Shown piece after piece: positions 1 through 7,376 of a stretch of 20,000 bases of DNA. The notes under the pieces are model-generated. The model saw nothing but the letters and a program-made list of their open reading frames with translations, had not been told where the DNA came from and ran no database searches. Position numbers and translations under genes: made by a program. Source of the stretch: an uncultured virus (IMG/VR IMGVR_UViG_2690316191_000004) (lineage: Duplodnaviria > Heunggongvirae > Uroviricota > Caudoviricetes); the IMG/VR virus record IMGVR_UViG_2690316191_000004, positions 50,105 to 70,104 of that record; one strand, 5' to 3'. Positions within the stretch are counted from its first letter, which is position 1. Every line of letters begins with the position of its first letter.

Positions 1-13
1 GAAGCGGGTTTTA

Positions 14-187
14 TCATGCTGCAATACCTTTTTTCAGGCACATCTCCGGCAGATTGGCTCTCACCAGCGCCTCAGCAAAAGGCGGCGGCACAGCATTGCC
101 ACAGCGCGCCACCTGTTTCTCTTTCGAGTACTTCTTGCCGCGGTAGTCACGATCAATGATGCACCATACCGGGAAGCCCTGAACCGC
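14..187 (-). pseudogene. C-terminal remnant of a phage DNA cytosine-C5 methyltransferase
   Basis: Manual translation gives AVQGFPVWCIIDRDYRGKKYSKEKQVARCGNAVPPPFAEALVRANLPEMC...AA*, containing C5-MTase motifs IX/X (QGFP, GNAVPP). In-frame TAA at 200-202 and no canonical start, so the N-terminus is missing. Confidence 0.85.
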
Positions 188-319
188 AAAGATTTTTATT
201 TAAATCGACAAGAACAAAGGTCGCACCGAAACGGATTTGAGGTTAAAACAGAGTGCTGGCCTTCAGCCATGGGCTTTGCGCGATTGTTCAAATATGCTTA
301 AAAGCCAGTTTCAATCAAT

Positions 320-350
320 AAAAAAAGCCCACTGCTCGGAGAGGGCTTTT
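320..350 (-). terminator. Rho-independent terminator (possibly bidirectional)
   Basis: AAAAGCCC(323-330)...GGGCTTTT(343-350) stem followed by a T-run on the minus strand, directly after the minus-strand cargo ORFs. Confidence 0.7.
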
Positions 351-577
351 CATTTATCGACTCGGAAAACAGATTTGACGATATAGTAGATAAGATCGCA
401 GATTTGGGGCATCGAACATCCAGCAACAACCTTGAGGGCCTCATCAGCTAGCCTCAGAAGCCCAAGCTCCACACAGACAAAAACTTCATATACAACTACA
501 ATAAAACCAGCAAGGTTATTGCATACCAACCATTTCCCCGTAGCCCTTTTGATATTTTTTGCATCATGTTTTCTCAC
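350..577 (-). CDS. Small hydrophobic protein or decayed membrane-protein remnant
   Basis: 75-aa ORF with GTG start and two hydrophobic stretches, ending exactly at the terminator; no clear RBS. Confidence 0.35.
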   Translation of the reverse strand: MRKHDAKNIKRATGKWLVCNNLAGFIVVVYEVFVCVELGLLRLADEALKVVAGCSMPQICDLIYYIVKSVFRVDK

Positions 578-651
578 TTCGCGCCGGGGTAAAGTTGTTA
601 GTTGTTCAGGATGACAAGGATATTATGGCTGATTAGTAATGGAAAATAAAA

Positions 652-1227
652 CTAATGTTTTTTTATCTTAGGATATTTCTTTTCATAAGCTTTGACCTTC
701 TCCTCCATCGTAGGAATTGTCCATTCGCATAAATCACCATCTGGGAATTTGTTTTGCTTTCTTACATCTTCTGCGATTTGCGCGGCCTTAAGGCCAAGAA
801 GTGAATATTGATATTGACGCGTTTCAAAATAATCCTTGTAGTCAGGAGGGGACGCTTCAAACTCCCAAGATGAGGAAACTATTCTTTTTGCTTCTTTCTG
901 TTCTACCGGTAAACTGCATACCCGATACATAATATCGGAGCTAAGTGACCGCCAATTCCCCTTAATTGATGAGTAGTCAAGCAGTTTTGGAGGGGAGATG
1001 GCTGACTGAGCTTCCCCTTGTTCACCAGTGTATTCACCATAGTCAGTAGCTACTTCTGCGCACTTTTTCGCATAATCTTCTAGGAGGAATATAAGCTCAG
1101 CGCAAATAAATTTCCTTTCAGGTGAAAACTGCTTGTTCTCTTTATACCAACCGATATAGTGATTTGTAATATGGCCTATAACAGCACCAACTGCACCACC
1201 TATCATTGAGCCAACCCATGCATCCAT
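652..1227 (-). CDS. Hypothetical protein with N-terminal Gly-rich hydrophobic (membrane-anchor) helix; cargo gene
   Basis: 191-aa AT-rich ORF with AGGAG RBS 5 nt before ATG; N-terminus WVGSMIGGAVGAVIGHIT followed by charged residues. Confidence 0.8.
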   Translation of the reverse strand: MDAWVGSMIGGAVGAVIGHITNHYIGWYKENKQFSPERKFICAELIFLLEDYAKKCAEVATDYGEYTGEQGEAQSAISPPKLLDYSSIKGNWRSLSSDIMYRVCSLPVEQKEAKRIVSSSWEFEASPPDYKDYFETRQYQYSLLGLKAAQIAEDVRKQNKFPDGDLCEWTIPTMEEKVKAYEKKYPKIKKH

Positions 1228-1238
1228 GATAACTCCTA

Positions 1239-1324
1239 TTATTTGTCAGCATCTTCCTGTCCAATGTAACGCGGGCCGGATGCTCGGGCAACTGGATACA
1301 TTGCTCACGATAGTAGCGGACGCG
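1239..1324 (-). pseudogene. 3' remnant of a phage DNA polymerase III theta-like (HolE/HOT family) gene
   Basis: Manual translation gives RVRYYREQCIQLP, then after a 1-nt frameshift RASGPRYIGQEDADK*. This resembles the C-terminus of prophage theta-like proteins (RVRYYREQ..QLP.A.DPRY) as I recall it. Confidence 0.6.
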
Positions 1325-1704
1325 GCGAGACTAGCATAACCTTAACGCGCTCTTCCAGCTTTTGGCTGTAATGTTTCACGGCCCTTTGTTATGGTCTAAA
1401 CCCAAGTAAGGATTTTTCTAGTCCCCCTTGGTCGCCAGCTGTTCAATACAAAATAGCATGGCGATATTTATTTCGTTGGTCTCTTATATATACAGCCATG
1501 AACGTCGCCAGTCTCCTGCGCGGAAGGAGAACAGTATTCCTTAAGATTGTTTTATCAGGTGTAATTACTGCATCATAGTTTCTGTACTTGGCGCATCAGA
1601 TATTAGGTTTTTCAGGAATAAGAGTAGAATATGATAGATAAATTCAAAAAATGTAATGACGAAGCCAAAATTAACTTCGCCACAGTATCCCTAAATGAGA
1701 TTTA

Positions 1705-3156
1705 TTATTTTTTAGAGGGGGCTAAGCCACCCTTTTTCAACATTAATGCTGCAACACGGAATAAGTCTGGAATATCTATACGACCATCGTGCCTGTATTC
1801 AATAAGCCCAATTTTTGCCATGGCCTCAAGCAATGCTGTATTTTTATCTAATTTGGTTGTAGGTGGGAACGGAGGAAGAAAACCAGTTTCTTCATCTTTA
1901 GATGCATTGAGGATTACCCGTACAGTGTTCGTGTCCTGCCAGCGTGTTATCAATTCGGAAATATCGCAAGGAACACGAAGCCCAGCTAAAGGTGCCAAAG
2001 CACGTCTAACCCAAACATACTCAACACCTAATTGGTCAACCCTGACTTTCGATGCCTCACGAAGCCCATGTCTAATACCTTCAGCGGTTACGACTTGCGT
2101 CTGGTTTACATGAACAAATTTTGCAGCTTCAACAAAAAGCTTGATGAAACTTCTAGGCGTCACATTCCCATAAGCATCAGAAAGATGTCTATATGGCCAA
2201 TCGTAAGTTTTACCTTTTTTGGGGTTTGACCCCATATAAGGACCTGCGATTACTGACATTACATTTTGTTGCAATCCTGAATCAAATAATAGCATCCATG
2301 ATCTTTTCGCTTTAGTGGAATTTGAGTTTGGTCTTCCAATCCCCAATTGATTACAAAGGGATAAGAAGTCTGGCGATTGAGATTCATAAGCTAATCGTGA
2401 AAATAATAAACCATATAGTTCTTCTTGAGTCCATTCGAGTTCAACTCTAGCACTTTTGAGCTTAGGCAATTCTACAAAACGTAGTGAATCATCATTTAAT
2501 TGTTCTGGTCTTATAAAAACTTTTGCTTTGATATTCTTGTAAGCACGAAGAGACCAAATTGCCTCAAAAAGTGCATCTAGTAAAAGCCCTGAACGTCCCC
2601 ATTGTTTTGAAATTGTATCAAGAGCATCAAAAGTCACAAGAATGGTTTTATTTAGACCTTTAAGAGTTTTTTCTAAATCCGAAAAGTAGATATCAACATC
2701 TTCAGGATCATTAAAATTCTGCATGATATCTGATAGCTTTTTTGAAGGCGCTGTAGGGTTAAGTTTTTTATGTACAGATTGAATAATTAATGATTGCCAA
2801 AAAGTATACCCGAGTTCATTTTCACGACCGGCAGGAACTAACGCATCGATAAATTTTTTCTGATTCAGTGATGTGTACCCTGGCGTTACAATCAGGCTAT
2901 CTAATCCAAGATTAGGATAAAATTCGCCCGCAACTATACGCGTGTGGTCATGATTTAAAACACCAGCCCAAAAGCTTTTACCTGTACCACGAGCCCCTAC
3001 TACGATAGTTGAGTAGGGATCGAGAGCATTTGCATGTTGCTCCGGAGCAAAGATCTCTTGAGGTGAGGGAGCATGATCTCCATCAGCGTCGTGGTCAGAT
3101 GGCAAATCACGCAAGGCTCCCCTTAACCTTGAAAAATCAATATTAACTATCTTCAT
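1705..3156 (-). CDS. P-loop NTPase, STAND-like (Sll1717-type) with probable C-terminal winged helix
   Basis: 483 aa. Walker A GARGTGKS, Walker B ILVTFDALD, VFIRPE strand, VTPRSFI helical-domain motif, C-terminal AKIGLIEYRHDGRIDIPDLFR. Start overlaps the upstream gene by 14 bp. Confidence 0.85.
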   Translation of the reverse strand: MKIVNIDFSRLRGALRDLPSDHDADGDHAPSPQEIFAPEQHANALDPYSTIVVGARGTGKSFWAGVLNHDHTRIVAGEFYPNLGLDSLIVTPGYTSLNQKKFIDALVPAGRENELGYTFWQSLIIQSVHKKLNPTAPSKKLSDIMQNFNDPEDVDIYFSDLEKTLKGLNKTILVTFDALDTISKQWGRSGLLLDALFEAIWSLRAYKNIKAKVFIRPEQLNDDSLRFVELPKLKSARVELEWTQEELYGLLFSRLAYESQSPDFLSLCNQLGIGRPNSNSTKAKRSWMLLFDSGLQQNVMSVIAGPYMGSNPKKGKTYDWPYRHLSDAYGNVTPRSFIKLFVEAAKFVHVNQTQVVTAEGIRHGLREASKVRVDQLGVEYVWVRRALAPLAGLRVPCDISELITRWQDTNTVRVILNASKDEETGFLPPFPPTTKLDKNTALLEAMAKIGLIEYRHDGRIDIPDLFRVAALMLKKGGLAPSKK

Positions 3157-4549
3157 AAACCTTGACCTGAGATTGTTCTACTAATAAGTTAGCTTTAGTA
3201 ACTAGCGACCCAAACGTAGCATTATATACCTTGTCGGAAAGAGTGTCTCTATCTTTGAGTGGGTCAAATTCACGATATGAAGAGTCATCAAGTACAACTA
3301 AAACCTCATTGAAATCAAATCCGAGCTTCAGTACCTTCTCCGTTTGTTCTTCGACGTCATCACTGTCAGACCATATAACCTCAAAAGAATCACGCAACTC
3401 TAAAATTTCTTTATCCAAGCTTGCCTCTTCCAATTTGTTGGAGAAATATTTTTGAGCGAGGTTTTCTACATTTAAACTAAATTGTTCTCGTTTTTCTTGA
3501 GATAAAGAAGCCTTAGCATGAACAAAATGAAGATTTTGCAACCAACTATCTTTAACGTTATTTTCAGATTTATTAGAAGCAATTGCGGAAAATAGCAACT
3601 CATATCCTTGCAAGGTTTGAGGCTGATCAACACCAAAGCAAAAAACATCCGCGCCTAAACCGACCAACGCTGCGGCTGTGGTTTCATGCAGGCCAGATCT
3701 TGCATCAACTAAAACAACGTCATATCGATTACGGTCAAACGAATCTAATAATCTCCTCAAGCTATCCATGAATGTTGCCACCTGATTTTGGGAATCAACA
3801 TTTGTTAAGTAAGCTCTAGATATCTTACCTATGACATCAATCGGATTCTTAAGACTTGCTCTACCTAATGCTGGAATTACATCTATTCTTCCTCTACCTT
3901 CTGATAACCAAGAAGGACCTATTAACTCTTGTAATTCAGAAAAATCGAAATTATTAAGGTTTGTCTCAACAAAATAATCCAAGAGCCCGAGTTCTGGCAA
4001 CGTATCCGGAGTTAATAGCATATTCCCTAATCCAGGTGCTTCTAAGTCTAAATCTATTGCTAATACTCTTTTACCTGCTTTTGAAAGAGATGCTGCGACA
4101 ACGCACAATGCTGTTGTTCTGCCAACCCCACCTTTAATACTTGAAAAAACGATTCTCGCAGGACCAGTGTAACTTGAAAAATATCTTTGCCAATCCGCAC
4201 CAGTCACTCTGCGTTCAAAATAAAAAACATCCAACGCTGTGTCGTCAGATATATTCACTTGCCTCAGATAATTCTCAGTTAATTGCAGGTTTTTTAGCTC
4301 ATCGTCAAATAAGTCATCTACACTACAGACAGCGAAATCTGGGTCAACATAAGATCCCATTTTAACTTTGGCAATATCATTTGCTTTTTCAATTTTACTA
4401 AGCCCAATATCATCCCTAACAACAAAGGTTAATTTCCCCTGTGCATCACGCAGAAAAATATTGTTTTTAAAAGCCTCACGACCTAAAACATCAATAATCA
4501 AAGATACAAATATACTTAATGAAGAATCATAGGATATTTTATTTTTCAT
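3143..4549 (-). CDS. ParA/MinD-superfamily ATPase with variant KGGVGRTT Walker A and an extra ~130-aa N-terminal domain
   Basis: 468 aa. FSSIKGGVGRTT, A' motif VLAIDLDLEAPGL, Walker B YDVVLVDARSGL. ATGA overlap with the upstream gene. Confidence 0.9.
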   Translation of the reverse strand: MKNKISYDSSLSIFVSLIIDVLGREAFKNNIFLRDAQGKLTFVVRDDIGLSKIEKANDIAKVKMGSYVDPDFAVCSVDDLFDDELKNLQLTENYLRQVNISDDTALDVFYFERRVTGADWQRYFSSYTGPARIVFSSIKGGVGRTTALCVVAASLSKAGKRVLAIDLDLEAPGLGNMLLTPDTLPELGLLDYFVETNLNNFDFSELQELIGPSWLSEGRGRIDVIPALGRASLKNPIDVIGKISRAYLTNVDSQNQVATFMDSLRRLLDSFDRNRYDVVLVDARSGLHETTAAALVGLGADVFCFGVDQPQTLQGYELLFSAIASNKSENNVKDSWLQNLHFVHAKASLSQEKREQFSLNVENLAQKYFSNKLEEASLDKEILELRDSFEVIWSDSDDVEEQTEKVLKLGFDFNEVLVVLDDSSYREFDPLKDRDTLSDKVYNATFGSLVTKANLLVEQSQVKVYEDS

Positions 4550-4932
4550 TTTTTCTTAATCCCTGTATGTCTAAAAATTTGCTTGGTTTCAGCAAACCAA
4601 TTATTCAGCATCTCTTGTGTGACTTTACCATCTGAAGAATAGCGATCATTAATGCTCCAGTTTGCAAAGAAATTCTTTTTTAGTAAAGTATGCAAAGCTC
4701 TATCATGATGCATGTCAACTTTACGAAGAGCTATTCTAAAAAGATCAGGCAAATGCCCATTAACACCGGTTAGATCAGCACGAGTGATTTTACATTTATC
4801 TTTTATTGCGCACTCAGCCGCCAATCCTAACAAATGAGCTGAAGTATCGTACTTCTGTTGGTTATGTAGTATCTCGGCACTTTCAAAATGCCTTATCGCT
4901 GATTGTTTGTAATCATCCATTTCAATTGCCAA
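4546..4932 (-). CDS. HEPN-domain-like protein (start TTG 4932 or ATG 4920)
   Basis: About 125 aa, helical-looking. Pattern A..L...KYD.SA.LLGLAAECAIK ... GHLPDL ... W....RY matches the PF05168-type HEPN signature (E..LK, H.L, RY). Confidence 0.7.
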   Translation of the reverse strand: MAIEMDDYKQSAIRHFESAEILHNQQKYDTSAHLLGLAAECAIKDKCKITRADLTGVNGHLPDLFRIALRKVDMHHDRALHTLLKKNFFANWSINDRYSSDGKVTQEMLNNWFAETKQIFRHTGIKKK

Positions 4933-4953
4933 TTGATCGATAATTAAAAAATA

Positions 4954-4982
4954 ATTTTATAATACATCCCATTGTTCTACAA
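4954..4982 (-). promoter_or_regulatory. Putative sigma70 promoter of the three-gene cargo operon
   Basis: Minus strand TTGTAG(4982-4977)-17 bp-TAAAAT(4959-4954). The AT-rich context makes chance matches possible. Confidence 0.5.
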
Positions 4983-5037
4983 GCAGAAGTCCTAAAAATA
5001 ATCCTGGACTTGGCAGATCCTTCACCTTCGAATACCT

Positions 5038-5277
5038 TTATCTTTGCAAACCAAAGGTATGTTTATTCTTCCAGTATTCGTAGCATTGAGGTCGCCAATC
5101 AACGTAAACTGCCTGTATCGGCATTTCCATGCAATGAGTTGGAGTACCTACCCTGTCATCATCCTGCAAAGGCAGGGAAGAAACGATATCGCCTTGTTTG
5201 TACATCAGCGCACGGCCACTTTCAGGAAACGAGTGTCGTTGCACGACAATAACTCCGTCATGCCATCTGATGACCAC
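5038..5277 (-). pseudogene. Probable decayed small prophage gene (nin-like region hypothetical)
   Basis: VIRWHDGVIV..HSFPE..RALMY..GD.VS.LPLQ.D..VGTP resembles a small enterobacterial prophage protein from memory. Upstream frame has stops and the C-terminus diverges. Confidence 0.35.
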
Positions 5278-5496
5278 GTAAAGGTTCCTCTTTTTACCTC
5301 ACCAATTCCCCCTCTACTTGGAAAGTTTTGCATGTTGTTTCAGCTCTTCCAGGTATCATGAAAATTTAGCCCTGTTCGCTTTTACCACCAATCACGGTTA
5401 GCCTATCAGAGCCGGTCCGACGAACCACCGGACTGCAGTTATTAAAGTTTTGATCCAATCTCCGCAGTAACTGCTTCTCCAGAACAGGAATAGCAC

Positions 5497-5700
5497 CTGA
5501 TCGCGGAACAATCCCAGACGACCATGCCGGACAACCTCGCCAGTCGCTTCTGCTTCGGAAAATTACCGCTGGCCAGTAGCGCGGCTCAGCCCCAGTTTTT
5601 TCATTGCCTCGGCGGTCGTGAGTCGCCCCTGATGTCTGGTGATCCGAATCACTGCGCGGACGTACTCTCTGCGCTCAACTGCTGACAATGCTCTTGCCAT
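5497..5700 (-). pseudogene. DUF977-family HTH protein with premature stop and altered 3' end
   Basis: ATG 5700 with GAGGT RBS. MARALSAVERREYVRAVIRITRHQGRLTT...LGLSRATGQR*, TAA at 5563-5565, then the frame continues FSEAEATGEVVRHGRLGLFRDQ. Typical position after dnaC. Confidence 0.7.
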
Positions 5701-5707
5701 ACATACC

Positions 5708-6457
5708 TCACTTAACGACGCGCAAATGGCGCACGTTTTTGCGATAGCTGTCCCATTCAAAATTCACCCACATACCGCCATCCATCTGGAGACGGTCAAG
5801 AATCCGCATACCCAGTGTTTCCTTCAGCGATTCATAGTTCAGGTTGGTTAGGATGCCGACAGGTCGCATGGAGGACAGCCGGCGATCGATAACCTGATTC
5901 AGGATGACTTTTTCACCGCTGCTTCCGCGCTGAATACCCACCTCATCCAGAATGAGAAGGTCCACATGGCACAAATCGTCCAGCAATGACCCCTCTGACT
6001 GCCCGCCGTCGTAACATTCCCGAACACGCAGCATGAGATCCGGAATGGTTACCACCAGCACAGAGCGACCAGCAGCCAGCAGGTGATTTCCGATTGCCGC
6101 CGCCAGATGATTTTTCCCGGTGCCTGGCGCTCCGCTGAATACGAAGCTCGCAAACCCTAAGCCGAATTGCTGCGCGTAACTTTTCGCCATCGAGAGCGCT
6201 CGACGCTGGCCATCCGACTCAACCTGATAGTTCGCGAATGTGCAGTCGCGGTGCAGATCCTGAATTCCTGCACGTCCAAAGATTTTCTCTGCACGTGCGC
6301 GCTGGTTTTGTTTTTCCAGTTCCTCACAGCGCTTACGGCCTTCTTCGGCTTGCCAGGCACGCCATTCATCAACGCTGCCGAATTTTGGCTGAACGCCAGG
6401 GGGAATGAGTTTTTTCAGTCGCTCCAGTGCATTCCCGGTGCCAATCATGTTTTTCAT
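5708..6457 (-). CDS. Phage DnaC/IstB-like helicase loader ATPase (YdaV-like)
   Basis: 249 aa. Walker A GAPGTGKN, Walker B LLILDEVG, TN sensor, RILDRL; directly follows the initiator. Confidence 0.95.
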   Translation of the reverse strand: MKNMIGTGNALERLKKLIPPGVQPKFGSVDEWRAWQAEEGRKRCEELEKQNQRARAEKIFGRAGIQDLHRDCTFANYQVESDGQRRALSMAKSYAQQFGLGFASFVFSGAPGTGKNHLAAAIGNHLLAAGRSVLVVTIPDLMLRVRECYDGGQSEGSLLDDLCHVDLLILDEVGIQRGSSGEKVILNQVIDRRLSSMRPVGILTNLNYESLKETLGMRILDRLQMDGGMWVNFEWDSYRKNVRHLRVVK

Positions 6458-6459
6458 CG

Positions 6460-7359
6460 CTACCCCCTGAATCCCGCTGGGATGGTTTTGTCAGGTTCCG
6501 AAATCTGATTGGGATCTCGAGCTCCTGGCGCCTGCTGAATCGCCCACGGTTCGCTGAAATGCATACCAGGGCCAAAAAACGTTTTCGCCTGTTTCACGTA
6601 CTGCGTGTTCAGGATTCCCTCGGCTTTAACGAAAGCCGCGTAACGCTCCACACCTGCGAGGATTTCCGCCGTAGTGGTTCCGTCCCTGATTCGGGCATTC
6701 CAGGCTTTGAAGGCATCGGATTTGCTGTTACCCCCAGCCCGCCTGGGATAAACCGACCAGACCTGCTCGAAATCATTCGGGTATATTTTTTGGGGATCAG
6801 GTTTATCGCCTTCGTCCTGGGTCTGATGGTCTGGGGGTGTGGCGAAGCCATGCCCCGAACTATCTTCTTCCTGATCCTGTTCCTGTTCCTGTTCCTGCTC
6901 CTGATCCTGTTCCTGGTTAAGGAACGGTTCGAGAACCCTTTCGGAACCCTTTAGTTTTGCGATGCCGATGTGGGATATTGCCGAGGCTAAAACCCGCGCC
7001 AGCTCTGGCTTAACCGTAGATGTGTCCGGGACCTGATCAAACAACCGCAGTGCTGCAATTCCCTGGTTTGGGTTTTCAACTGAATTCCAGGTCAGAAAGT
7101 TACGAATTAGCACCCATTTCGATGACGAATCACGCGTTGCGAAACCGTTAGCCGATAGTTCATCAAACCCTTTCGAAACCCTTTCAGGACTCCAGGCTAA
7201 GTCTTCCGAAACATATCCATCAGGCAGCCGGAAACACCCAATCATGTTCGTGTGTTGCCCGGTGAGCAGGTACAGCGCCAGCAACCTGGCATCATCCGAT
7301 ACCCGGCGCATTCCATCGCTTATCCAAAATGATGTATGCACCTTGCCATAATCACGCAT
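6460..7359 (-). CDS. Phage replication initiator protein (O/YdaU-analogous)
   Basis: 299 aa. N-terminal wHTH-like FW..D..LLALYLLT, EQ-repeat linker, C-terminal FEQVWSVYP..K.AFKAW...Y.KQAKTF, IPAGFRG tail; sits upstream of the DnaC-like gene. Confidence 0.9.
   Translation of the reverse strand: MRDYGKVHTSFWISDGMRRVSDDARLLALYLLTGQHTNMIGCFRLPDGYVSEDLAWSPERVSKGFDELSANGFATRDSSSKWVLIRNFLTWNSVENPNQGIAALRLFDQVPDTSTVKPELARVLASAISHIGIAKLKGSERVLEPFLNQEQDQEQEQEQEQDQEEDSSGHGFATPPDHQTQDEGDKPDPQKIYPNDFEQVWSVYPRRAGGNSKSDAFKAWNARIRDGTTTAEILAGVERYAAFVKAEGILNTQYVKQAKTFFGPGMHFSEPWAIQQAPGARDPNQISEPDKTIPAGFRG
6869..6916. repeat. Hexamer tandem repeat (TCCTGN)x8 encoding the EQ/DQ linker
   Basis: Eight consecutive TCCTG[A/T/C/G] units read directly. 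Confidence 0.9.
6921..7186. repeat. Iteron-like 11-bp repeats inside the initiator gene (candidate phage origin)
   Basis: RAACCCTTTMR at 6933-6943, 6944-6954, 7165-7175 and 7176-7186, as two tandem pairs. Confidence 0.55.
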
Positions 7360-7376
7360 AGAGACCCCGTTGTTGC

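Noticed and set aside
1480..1495. LexA-box-like TATATATACAG
   Set aside because: Only one half-site; the other end reads TCTC rather than CTGT.
1370..1700. Possible small ORFs or ncRNA between the NTPase and the theta-like remnant (e.g. an 18-aa MAVYIRDQ... ORF)
   Set aside because: ORFs are very short with poorly spaced RBS; no convincing repeats or structure seen.
1631..2113. 160-aa plus-strand ORF (also 2032-2229, 3231-3455, 3583-3771, 4141-4365)
   Set aside because: Antisense shadows of the motif-bearing ATPase genes; no motifs of their own.
6427..6954. 175-aa plus-strand ORF with an FLFLFL hydrophobic run
   Set aside because: Antisense reading of the EQ hexamer repeat in the initiator gene.
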